Positions 55,751 to 64,000 of a stretch of 64,000 nt of DNA are shown one piece after another. A model generated the notes under the pieces. The model was not told the DNA's origin, ran no database searches, and saw only the letters and a program-made list of their open reading frames with translations. The translations under genes and the position numbers were made by a program. Source of the DNA: an uncultured Fibrobacterota bacterium (GTDB lineage: Bacteria; Fibrobacterota; Chitinivibrionia; Chitinivibrionales; FEN-1185); assembly GCA_963729895.1 (NCBI GenBank), contig CAVSQB010000011.1, forward strand, positions 115,733-179,732. The letters are read 5' to 3'. How positions within the stretch are numbered: the first letter of the stretch is position 1; every line of letters starts with the position of its first letter.

Positions 55751-56694
55751 AGGGAAGCTTTCAAAGCAGCCGATGCAACCTGCAGTTGTCCGTCATCCGG
55801 CTCTTTGGTGGTGATTTTCTGGAGCCACAGGCCCGGCATGATCAGGAGACGCACTACCGGAACGCGCTGGAACCGGTCGGAAAGCCTGAGCATTTCGTAC
55901 GAGCAGCCTGCAACGAGGGGGGCGATGCCGAGATGGACCAGAAACCGGACAAAAACGTTCGGGTACGGACCGACCGTGAATGCAACGAGCGCGTCGATGA
56001 TCGAGAAAAGAAAGATGCAGATGACCGCCACCAGCAGAAGAAAACTGGTCCCGCACCGCGGGTGGAGCGTCGAATACCGGCGCATGGTATCCAATGTCAA
56101 TTCCTTTCCGTCTTCGAATGCGAAGATCGCCTTGTGCTCCGCGCCGTGGTATTCGAATACCCGGCGGATGTCTTTCCACATGCTGATTCCCAGAAGGTAC
56201 AGCAGGAAAAGGACAATGCGGATGGCGCCGGCCGCGCCGTTGAACGCGATCACGGAATCCTTGAAAAACACCTGGGAAACAAGCATTGGAAAGTACATGA
56301 ACACGCCGAGGCACACGAGCAGGGCGATGACAAAACTGGAAACATAGGCGGCCTTGTCTCCGGTTCGGAGACTGCCCGGCGGTTCGTCCGCCGCGATCTG
56401 GGCCGAGCGGGTGAGAGCCTTGTAGCCGATCTTGAGCGATTCGTACAAATTAATTGCACCGCGTACCACCGGAAAGGAGAGCGATTTGTGCCGCTTCGAA
56501 AGAGAAATAAAGGGAAACCGTTCTATGACGGTCTCGCCATCGGGCCTTCGCACAGCCCATGAGATTTTTTGCCTGCTCCGCATCATAACGCCCTCGATCA
56601 CAGCCTGGCCGCCAACCCTGGTTTTTCGCACCAAAGTCCGGGCCAGAAACAGGGGGAAAAGGGCCATTGACGTGAGATACGGATGTTTCTTCAT
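55747..56694 (-). CDS. DUF1385 membrane protein
   Basis: GGQAVIEGVMMR, FEYHGAEHK, HPRCGTSF, Q..TT.EP; typical position between rpmE and prfA. Confidence 0.92.
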   Translation of the reverse strand: MKKHPYLTSMALFPLFLARTLVRKTRVGGQAVIEGVMMRSRQKISWAVRRPDGETVIERFPFISLSKRHKSLSFPVVRGAINLYESLKIGYKALTRSAQIAADEPPGSLRTGDKAAYVSSFVIALLVCLGVFMYFPMLVSQVFFKDSVIAFNGAAGAIRIVLFLLYLLGISMWKDIRRVFEYHGAEHKAIFAFEDGKELTLDTMRRYSTLHPRCGTSFLLLVAVICIFLFSIIDALVAFTVGPYPNVFVRFLVHLGIAPLVAGCSYEMLRLSDRFQRVPVVRLLIMPGLWLQKITTKEPDDGQLQVASAALKASL

Positions 56695-56715
56695 GTCGGG
56701 TCTTGTTCCACCAAC

Positions 56716-56755
56716 GGAAAACGGGCAGTAAAGGAGCGGTTCCTTCTGCCCGTTT
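56716..56755 (-). terminator. Hairpin/terminator after rpmE
   Basis: AAACGGGCAG..CTGCCCGTTT stem with an inner AAGGA/TCCTT pairing. Confidence 0.55.
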
Positions 56756-56771
56756 GAATGACCGGCGATAG

Positions 56772-56984
56772 CTACGCTTCTTTTTTGTTGCCGGCGTAGC
56801 GCTTCTGGAAGCGCTCGACTCTTCCCGCGCTGTCGATAAGCTTCTGCTTGCCGGTATAGAATGGATGGCATTTGTTGCAAATGTCGATATGGGTGCTTTT
56901 GATGGTCGACTTGGTTTCAATCACGTTGCCGCACGAACAGGTAAAGCTTGCCACCTCGTACTTGGGATGAATTTTCTCTTTCAC
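56772..56984 (-). CDS. rpmE: 50S ribosomal protein L31 (Zn-binding type)
   Basis: [33 protein letters not shown] before GTG. Confidence 0.97.
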   Translation of the reverse strand: MKEKIHPKYEVASFTCSCGNVIETKSTIKSTHIDICNKCHPFYTGKQKLIDSAGRVERFQKRYAGNKKEA

Positions 56985-57236
56985 AAACCACCTCCGAAAA
57001 AATGAATTATGGAGCTTTAAAATAACCTATGCGCAAAAATTAGTCAATCATGCGGGAGATGCAAACCTGTGACCGAGGATTCCGGGAAAGATTCGCAGAG
57101 AAATTTAGTGTCGTAAGTGCCCGTAGTCTTGCAGGAAGGCACAGGAGGGTTTAAAATGAGGAAACGCGAAACGAGGGATCGCATATCGCGTGGGCAATAG
57201 GTATCTTTTTTTGAAAGTAACCGGTTAAAGGCGCTC

Positions 57237-58697
57237 ATGCAACATTTCTTTACGCAGAATCTTGATTTCATCTACTTCGTATATGGACTGTCGTATCTCC
57301 TGATGGGTATGGCCATCCTGCTTCAGCCGAAAAAGGCGAGTCACCTGAGGCTGACTGATACGCTGTGGCTTTTGGCGTTGTTCGGAATCCTTCATGGCAC
57401 CAACGAGTTAATTGACATGTGGGTGCTGATCAAGGGCCAAAACACGAGCGTTAATGCGGCCCGTTTCATTACGCTTGTCCTTTCGTACGTATTTCTTTTT
57501 GAATTCGGCAAGGAGTTGCTTCGTATATCCGACGCCGGCCCTCTGAGTTGGCAACAGGCAATTATCGACCGCGCACGGTGGATGCTGGCGCCGGTGACGG
57601 CCTGTCTCGTGTTTGTTTTTGCCTTTGCCCGCCAGGACGTCTGGACGGTTGCGAATATCTGTGCCAGGTACCTGTTCGGGTTCCCCGCGGGCGTCATTGT
57701 CTGTATCGGCATGCTTTCGTACTATTTGCGCAAAAGGGAAACGCTCGATGCCTTCAGGGTGGGGCCTTGGTGCCTGATCGTGGCGGCATCCTTCCTGCTG
57801 TATGCATTCTTTGGCGGACTGGTGGTTGCCCCGGGCAGTTTCTTCCCGGCACGTTGGCTCAACACCGATTCCTTCTTCTCCGTAGTGCATGTCCCGGTCC
57901 AACTGTTCCGCGCGCTTATCGCCGTGCTCGCATTCCTTTCAATCATCCGGATGATCAGGATCTTCAATGTTGAAATCGAACGAGAACTCGCTGATGTCAA
58001 TCGGAAGCTGGTTGAGTCCGGCAACCGAAAGTCCGAGTACGTTTCTTTTGTTTCCCACGAGCTGAAGACCCCGTTGACAACCATGATGGGGTTTGCGCAG
58101 ACCATACTGGCTTTGAAGCCGGCCCAAGAGCAGCGTGACGTTTACTTGAAATATATCGAATCGGAGGGGAAGCGTCTGGTGAGGCTCATCGATGATTTTC
58201 TGGGACTCGCCAGGTTCGAGGCCGGCGTTTTCAACATGCGAATCGATTCCGTGGACATTTCGAAGCTGATTACGGAGTCCCTCGCGAGCATCGAGATACC
58301 TGCCGGCGTCAACGTGGAGGCCGACGTACCGCAGGGTTTTCCTGCCTTCCGCGCAGATGGCGACAAGATCAAGCAAGTGTTGATCAATCTACTGAGCAAT
58401 CAGTTGCGATACACGCCCAAGGACGAAAAGATATCCATCGAGGTCCGGGAACTGGATGGTTTCGTCGTTGTCAGCGTCCGCGACCGCGGGCCGGGCATCA
58501 GGAAAGAAGACCTGGAGAAAATCTTCGACAAATTCTATCGCGGCGACGATGCGGTTTCGAGGGCCAGCAAAGGAAACGGCCTTGGGTTGGCCATTTCCGC
58601 GGAAATCGTTCGGGCCCATAACGGCAGGATCTGGGCCGAGTCGGAGGAAGGCAAGGGGAGCACGTTCTTTTTTGCACTTCCGAAAGTTGGACCATAG
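57237..58697 (+). CDS. Membrane-bound sensor histidine kinase
   Basis: About 7 N-terminal TMs; SHELKTPLT, NLLSN, DRGPGI, GLGL, GKGSTF. Confidence 0.92.
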   Translation: MQHFFTQNLDFIYFVYGLSYLLMGMAILLQPKKASHLRLTDTLWLLALFGILHGTNELIDMWVLIKGQNTSVNAARFITLVLSYVFLFEFGKELLRISDAGPLSWQQAIIDRARWMLAPVTACLVFVFAFARQDVWTVANICARYLFGFPAGVIVCIGMLSYYLRKRETLDAFRVGPWCLIVAASFLLYAFFGGLVVAPGSFFPARWLNTDSFFSVVHVPVQLFRALIAVLAFLSIIRMIRIFNVEIERELADVNRKLVESGNRKSEYVSFVSHELKTPLTTMMGFAQTILALKPAQEQRDVYLKYIESEGKRLVRLIDDFLGLARFEAGVFNMRIDSVDISKLITESLASIEIPAGVNVEADVPQGFPAFRADGDKIKQVLINLLSNQLRYTPKDEKISIEVRELDGFVVVSVRDRGPGIRKEDLEKIFDKFYRGDDAVSRASKGNGLGLAISAEIVRAHNGRIWAESEEGKGSTFFFALPKVGP

Positions 58698-58755
58698 AAC
58701 CGGGCTGCAGCGATGCCGCCCGCGCGTGAGCGGGTTGCATGTCTGTGTTTTCCTT

Positions 58756-59730
58756 TCAGGCTTTCTCCATCGGATACACAAGTCCCCACTGGGCTCGAAT
58801 GGCATCCATGGTCCCCATCACGGCGAGCGATTCCGAGAGCGGCATCATGTCGCTCTCCAGTTTTCCCTCCTTGATGCAATGCATCACTTCTTCGGCCTCG
58901 TACTCGTAACCGTTGGCCCTGAAGGGGATTGAAATGTCTCTTGACACGCCGGTAAAAACCGTGGCCGTCACGGCACGCCAGAATTGCGGGATCCGGATGG
59001 AACCGGCGGCGCCGAAGATCTGCGCTTCGTTGGCGGTTGCAGCGCAAAGAGAGCTGGATAAAAGCGCCGTTTCGCCCCGGTCGTAACGCAGAATCGCGGC
59101 AGCCTGTTCATCCACGCCGGTTGTGCCGAGAGAGGCTATGCTCACCAATGCGGACGGCTTTCTTTTGTAAATCATGGATGCCATTGCCACGGTATAGACG
59201 CCCACATCCAGAAGCGATCCTCCGCCGAGGAGCGGATCAAAAAGCCGCGACCGGGGATTGAAATTCGCGCGAAAGCCGAAATCAGCGGTCATCATGCGGA
59301 TGTCGCCGATGGCGCCGCCTGCCAGCAGGTCAAGCACTTTGCGGACAACCGGCAGGAACCGCGTCCACATCGCCTCCATCAAAAAAAGTTTGGTCGCCTT
59401 TGCAACGGCGACCATTTCCCGGGCGTCTTTTTGATTGATGGCAAAGGGTTTTTCGCAGAGGACATGTTTGCCGCCGTTGAGGCATACAATAGTGTGGGCT
59501 TTATGAAACGTGTGCGGCGTGGCCACATATACCACGTCCACCCCGGGATCGGCCGCCAGGGCATCGTAGCCGACATGCCATGCGACGGCGTTATGTTTCG
59601 CGGCAAAGGCGCGGGCCCTTGTTTCGCTCTGCGAGGCAACGGCATATAATTGCGCATCGGGAATTACTTGTAATGCATCGGCAAATTTTCCGGCAATGGC
59701 GCCGCAGCCGAGGATTCCCCAGTTTATCAT
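58756..59730 (-). CDS. Gfo/Idh/MocA family oxidoreductase
   Basis: WGILGCG.IA, VYVATP, HVLCEKP, MEAMWTRF, GGSLLDVGVY. Confidence 0.93.
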   Translation of the reverse strand: MINWGILGCGAIAGKFADALQVIPDAQLYAVASQSETRARAFAAKHNAVAWHVGYDALAADPGVDVVYVATPHTFHKAHTIVCLNGGKHVLCEKPFAINQKDAREMVAVAKATKLFLMEAMWTRFLPVVRKVLDLLAGGAIGDIRMMTADFGFRANFNPRSRLFDPLLGGGSLLDVGVYTVAMASMIYKRKPSALVSIASLGTTGVDEQAAAILRYDRGETALLSSSLCAATANEAQIFGAAGSIRIPQFWRAVTATVFTGVSRDISIPFRANGYEYEAEEVMHCIKEGKLESDMMPLSESLAVMGTMDAIRAQWGLVYPMEKA

Positions 59731-59910
59731 GTTCTTGGTTCCTGTTGCTGATTGCCGTTCGCTACCGTATCTCGACATATTCCTTTGGCGCCGAATTGGT
59801 TGCCATGGTCCAGACCGTTGCCGCCAAATTCCGGACGCAAAATACGGCCAGCGGTCCGTAGCCGTACAGAGCCGGGACTCGAATCATGAAAGGTCCTTTG
59901 CCGAAAACGC

Positions 59911-60592
59911 TTATCTGACAAAAACAAACGCCCTGGTAACATCCTGATTCCCGCCTGTCAGCCGCGCAAAATAGCTTCCCGCGGGAAGGGGCGCGCCGTC
60001 GGCATTCGTACCCGGCCACACGTTCGTAGTACCGTGCACCGGCACCCGCGCCACGATCCGTCCCCGGATATCATATATGCAAATAACGGAGGACGGGGTT
60101 CCCGGCAGGAGGTGGAACGTCACGCCGGATATGGCCAAGCTGACTGCAAGAGCAGGTGTATTTTCTTCCGCGGTTGCGCGCGGCGGCGTGCGAACTGATG
60201 TAAGGACCGTTGCCGGATCAATCATTTGCCTGGTCTTCCGGGCCGAGCCCCAATAGCCGACTCCCGGATTCTGAATCGATCCGCTGCTGTCCTGAAAGAC
60301 GCGGGAATAATCGGTTGTCAAGGTTATGGGCCACACGGTCGAACCGTTCGGATTGCCGGGCCAGGAGCCGCCGATCGCCACATCGTACATGAGCCACATG
60401 AAATCACTCGTATTGTCGGATGAGACTGCGCAATGCTTGGTTGCTTTCCCGTCTATGTACCAGGTGACACCAGAGGTTGTCCACAAGAGCGCATAAATGT
60501 GATAGACGTTGTTGTTTTCGCTCAGCTTGTTACTTGCCAGATCGGCGCAGGTGTCAAAACCTCCCGCGGCTATGTGCGGCGTTTGATAACAC
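59911..60592 (-). pseudogene. GH16 glycoside hydrolase, 3' fragment (with FlgD-Ig-like tail), separated by the IS
   Basis: YHIYALLW...VTWYIDG, AIGGSWPGNP, DY.RVFQ; tail IYDIRGRIV..G.PLPAGSYF. Confidence 0.88.
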
Positions 60593-62235
60593 CCTAAATC
60601 CGTGAGAAAAACTTTGGCATTTTGATGATTTTTCGTGTAGATTAAGGGTGAATGGTGCTTGACTAAATGGCAGTTCACATTATTCACCCGGAAGGTGTCA
60701 TGCCAAAGCCGAGAAAGTTGATAATCACGGAGACGGACGAGTTTCTGACCAGCCATGGTGGAATGGCAATGATCGGGATGCTTGCGGAGCGATCCGGTTT
60801 GCGCGAGCGTGTTTCGCAGGTTACTCCGGACAAGAAGAGCGGGAGTATAAGCACCGCGGACGCGCTGCTGACCATGACGGGGCTTTTGTGTCTTGCCAAA
60901 CCAGACTTTGACGGGGTCGAGCAGTTTCGTGAAGACGACTATTTTCAGGAGATGCTTGGATTGAAAGCGGTTCCTTCCGAGGCTACACTGCGGCAGCGAA
61001 TGGACGAAACGGGCCTGACCGTTCAAAACGCAGTCCTTTCCGCTTCGGCGTCCCTGTTGAAAAAAGCAGCGCCACGGCTCACCGCCTGCTTTGGACCGTA
61101 TATTCCGATTGACGCTGACGTATCTCCTTTTGACAACAGTGGTTCTCATAAGGAAGGCGTAAGCTGCACGTACAAGTTGTTCGAGGGATATTCTCCGATG
61201 CTTGCCTACATAGGCGTGGAAGGCTACCTGCTGAACGCGGAGTTGCGCGAAGGGAAACAACATTGCCAGGAAGGAACTCCGGAGTTTCTGCGCAAGACCA
61301 TAGCCCTTGCTCGAAAAATAACGGATCGTTCGATCCTTGTGCGTCTTGATGCCGGACATGACGATATTGAAAACATGCGAGTCTGCCGCAAGGAAAAGGT
61401 CGATTACATAATCAAACGGAACATACGCAGGGAATCTATTGACGAATGGCTCGTGGATGCTCAAGCGCTCGGTGACTGGCGTCATCCTCGTGAAGGCAAG
61501 ACCGTGTACGTTGGTGAGACAATACGGGAAAGAAACGGCGAAAACATGCGCGTTGTGTTCGAGGTGATCGAACGGACAATCGACCGCGACGGAAACGCCT
61601 TGCTGCTGCCGGATGTAGAGGTTCACACGTGGTGGACGAGCCTGAGCAGACGCAACGCCGGCCCGGACGACGTTATTGCAGCGTACCGGGATCATGGCAC
61701 CAGCGAGCAGTTTCACTCGGAGCTGAAGAGTGATATGGCGCTGGAGCGGCTTCCCAGCGGGAAGTTCACGACCAACGCATTGGTGTTGACGTTGGCGGTT
61801 CTTGCGTTCAACATGCTGCGGCTCTGCGGCCAAGTTGGAATCGACAAGGGGTACGTGCCGCGTAAGAAAGTTGCACGCCGGAGATTGCGGAAGGTCATTC
61901 AGGATCTTATGTACATAGCAGCACGCGTGATAACGCATGCCCGCCGGTTGATGCTTGCCCTGTCGCGGCGGAATCAACTCCGCATAGCGTGGACGCAAAC
62001 GTATCTGGCGTTCGCCACGGATGGCTGACCTAAGGAGAGCAATAAACGGAAATAGACCCGTAACCAAACAAACGTCGCCACCGACACGTTGAGTGTATTT
62101 GTCAACCATGGGGTCAGAAGCGCAAATCATAGTGGAATCACCCCGGCAACAACTTATCAAGAAGCCTTAGCAACCATATTCGTTCTTGTCAACGCCGTCA
62201 ATTTGTTTTTAATAACCTTATCTCACGGAATCAGG
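60593..62235 (+). mobile_element. IS1380-family insertion sequence, 1643 bp
   Basis: Terminal IRs CCTAAATCCGTGAGA and CCTGATTCCGTGAGA (13/15); flanking 5-bp direct repeat AACAC (60588-60592, 62236-62240); single transposase. Confidence 0.93.
60700..62028 (+). CDS. IS1380-family DDE transposase
   Basis: LTSHGG, PSEATLRQR, IDADVS, GY.P, RLDAG.D, Y.DHGTSEQFHSELK. Confidence 0.93.
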   Translation: MPKPRKLIITETDEFLTSHGGMAMIGMLAERSGLRERVSQVTPDKKSGSISTADALLTMTGLLCLAKPDFDGVEQFREDDYFQEMLGLKAVPSEATLRQRMDETGLTVQNAVLSASASLLKKAAPRLTACFGPYIPIDADVSPFDNSGSHKEGVSCTYKLFEGYSPMLAYIGVEGYLLNAELREGKQHCQEGTPEFLRKTIALARKITDRSILVRLDAGHDDIENMRVCRKEKVDYIIKRNIRRESIDEWLVDAQALGDWRHPREGKTVYVGETIRERNGENMRVVFEVIERTIDRDGNALLLPDVEVHTWWTSLSRRNAGPDDVIAAYRDHGTSEQFHSELKSDMALERLPSGKFTTNALVLTLAVLAFNMLRLCGQVGIDKGYVPRKKVARRRLRKVIQDLMYIAARVITHARRLMLALSRRNQLRIAWTQTYLAFATDG

Positions 62236-62719
62236 AACACGTCAGGGAATCGGACGCAAACTCAAAGATGTCCCATTCGGGCGGCCAGCGCGACGTGGAA
62301 CTCAGCCAGTACGCAGGCCATGCGCCCTGGGTCACTTTCATTTTGATCCGGCTTTCAAAATAGCCGTGCTTGAACGAGGGGACCGCGGAAAAATAGCCCG
62401 ACGACGAGTCCTGTTTTCCTTCGATGGTAATTGCTCCGTTGCCGGCGACAAGATTGCTGCCGTCCGTGGTAACATGTTCGATGCCGTAACTGCCGCCCGG
62501 CCAACTGGCGTTTGTCTTCATCCAGCGGTCGGTGCTTATCGAGTCCCCGTTGAATTCGTCGCTGAACACGAGCGTGTATCCGGGAGGGACAAAGGCAAGG
62601 CCGGGATCAGGCTGGTCCGCAGCGCGTGCCATGAACGGGCATAGCAAAAAGTTAACAAAGAGGAATGATGCGCGTGAAAGGACGATTGTCGCTTTGAGTT
62701 CCGTAATGATGGTTTTCAT
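62236..62719 (-). pseudogene. GH16 glycoside hydrolase, 5' fragment with the catalytic motif
   Basis: Signal peptide; LVFSDEFNG, GYFESRIK, GAWPAYWL, EWDIFE (ExDxxE); stop supplied by the IS end. Confidence 0.88.
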
Positions 62720-62790
62720 GTTGTCTCCAGTGTCGCAAACGCCGAATGAGAGCCGGGCATATTTGTCGGACTCAACAGGGATATTTACAG

Positions 62791-62820
62791 ACGGTCACGA
62801 TCAGGGATGATCGTGACCGT
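62791..62820. terminator. Perfect 13-bp hairpin downstream of the terminal gene
   Basis: ACGGTCACGATCA-GGGA-TGATCGTGACCGT. Confidence 0.55.
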
Positions 62821-62878
62821 ACAAGTCTGCATATGCGGGAAGACCGGTAGAAATTGAAGCAAAGAGCAAGAGGCCATC

Positions 62879-63934
62879 TTAATTGACGTTTACAAACAGT
62901 TCCGAAGTGATTTGATGCCCGCCTTGCATAAGGCGAATGCAATAGATTCCATGTGGCAGGTTACTACGCTGAAAAGATATGGTCTGTCCAGCAACGCCCT
63001 TTACTTGCTTTACCACCCGTCCATGAAGATCACAGATTGCCATCGTTGCATTTTCTGAAAGCCTGTATGCCCCGTGAGCCGTTTGGAAAGAAGGCATCGT
63101 GCTCTGACCGGAAGAAGCATGTATTGCAAGCGGAATAAACGACAACAAATAATTTGCTGTTGATGCGGGTTTTACACCAGGAATATGGCTGATGTTAGCG
63201 GGTTGAAAATTCACCGTGTTTGCGACCCATTCATACGTGGTATCAAGACCTGTAGTGGCGTAACCGCTGAATGACCATACGCCTGTTGCAGAATTATGAT
63301 AAAAAGTACTGTCGAAATTGTTATCAGCTCTGGACCAGCGCAGACAATTGCTGTAGGTGTGGGCAGGTGTCGTTACGGCGCCCCAGCCATCCGCGAATAA
63401 TTTATAAATGATGCAAAAACTGACTCGCATGGAGTCGTAAGGCGGAACGGGATAAGCATATGAAATAGAATAGTGAGTTGTATCGGTAAAGGTAGTACTG
63501 TAGGTAAAGGGAAATACTATCGACTTCATCGGCGGATCATATGCGACAGTTGTGGTACCTTGCACGGAACTGTAATTGAAACCCAACACGTCGCTGAATT
63601 CCGGCGTGACCGTAAAATAGGTATAATAATAAGAACCTGTGCCTCTATCAAAGCGCTTTTCCGCCAAATTCGAGGCGGGAAAAGAGCTATGGGCCGGAGT
63701 AGAGCTTGGATCAACAAAATAGAGGGTATCTGCACTATGGTTGTGCAGGGTAGCTAAATTCCAGACCTGATTTGCACCTGCATTACCAACAGGAGCTGTG
63801 CAGGTGGTGTCATCGGCAATGATTGCAATATCTCCGACCACCGGCATATTGCTTTGGGTAAGAATAATCTGAGCATGTGAAAGGCCAGCATTGAGCAGAA
63901 AGATGATTGAGCTAATACGCAGAATTGTCTTCAT
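62879..63934 (-). CDS. Secreted protein with a T9SS-type C-terminal sorting-like domain; low GC
   Basis: Signal ..LSHA-Q; GANQVWN, FP.SNLA, DGWG...TP; tail ICDLHGRVVK..NLPHGIYCI. Confidence 0.8.
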   Translation of the reverse strand: MKTILRISSIIFLLNAGLSHAQIILTQSNMPVVGDIAIIADDTTCTAPVGNAGANQVWNLATLHNHSADTLYFVDPSSTPAHSSFPASNLAEKRFDRGTGSYYYTYFTVTPEFSDVLGFNYSSVQGTTTVAYDPPMKSIVFPFTYSTTFTDTTHYSISYAYPVPPYDSMRVSFCIIYKLFADGWGAVTTPAHTYSNCLRWSRADNNFDSTFYHNSATGVWSFSGYATTGLDTTYEWVANTVNFQPANISHIPGVKPASTANYLLSFIPLAIHASSGQSTMPSFQTAHGAYRLSENATMAICDLHGRVVKQVKGVAGQTISFQRSNLPHGIYCIRLMQGGHQITSELFVNVN

Positions 63935-64000
63935 GGTTTTCCTTATTTTAAATTTGCAAATTTCTCCACCAAAACAATCAAAGCATATCATGGGCTTAAG

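Noticed and set aside
55013..56347. 444-aa plus-strand ORF
   Set aside because: Antisense to prfA and the DUF1385 gene.
56985..57236. Possible c-di-GMP riboswitch (GCAAACC..GGAAAG) between rpmE and the kinase
   Set aside because: The required paired stems and downstream GCAAAG element could not be built.
59911..62160. 749-aa minus-strand ORF running through the IS into the GH16 C-terminus
   Set aside because: It is the in-register antisense shadow of the transposase, joined by chance to the GH16 3' fragment; the IS-derived part has no protein motifs.
1..64000. CRISPR array, rRNA, prophage or defence system
   Set aside because: No regularly spaced repeats and no cas, phage, retron/RT or restriction-like ORFs were recognised by eye.

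Overview
Bacterial chromosomal window of roughly 55-60% GC (estimated from sampled lines), mostly housekeeping and envelope genes. Secreted proteins with FlgD-Ig/T9SS-like C-terminal tails, AgmX/PglI-like and CglF-like domains suggest a Fibrobacterota (Chitinivibrionia/Chitinispirillia-like) organism; this is an inference. Recognisable genes: a glycogen-phosphorylase-like gene with a degenerate active site next to PTS enzyme I, folE, larE, cstA, tRNA-Pro(CGG), an M16 peptidase pair, folK-dNK-panC, a GH13, a gmhB/YfhO/GT4/methyltransferase/flippase cluster, PPi-type PFK, gcvT-H-PA-PB, a DJ-1 protein, a vWA protein, comEC, an RluA-family synthase, and the run rpmE-DUF1385-prfA-prmC-lpxK-[SH3b-TM]-[SH3b x2-TM-pseudoREC-DUF4388]-ruvX-rsmI. 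Three histidine kinases have no response regulator in the window. Near the right end an intact IS1380-family element (60593-62235, 5-bp TSD AACAC) splits an otherwise in-frame GH16 gene. Best leads: the probable pseudo-phosphorylase/EI pair, the SH3b-TM-REC-PatA_N protein and its partner, an SH3b-CglF-like fusion, a ~120-bp IS200/IS605-type miniature element, and a structured leader before panC. No CRISPR array, rRNA or prophage was seen. All family calls come from motif reading, not database searches.
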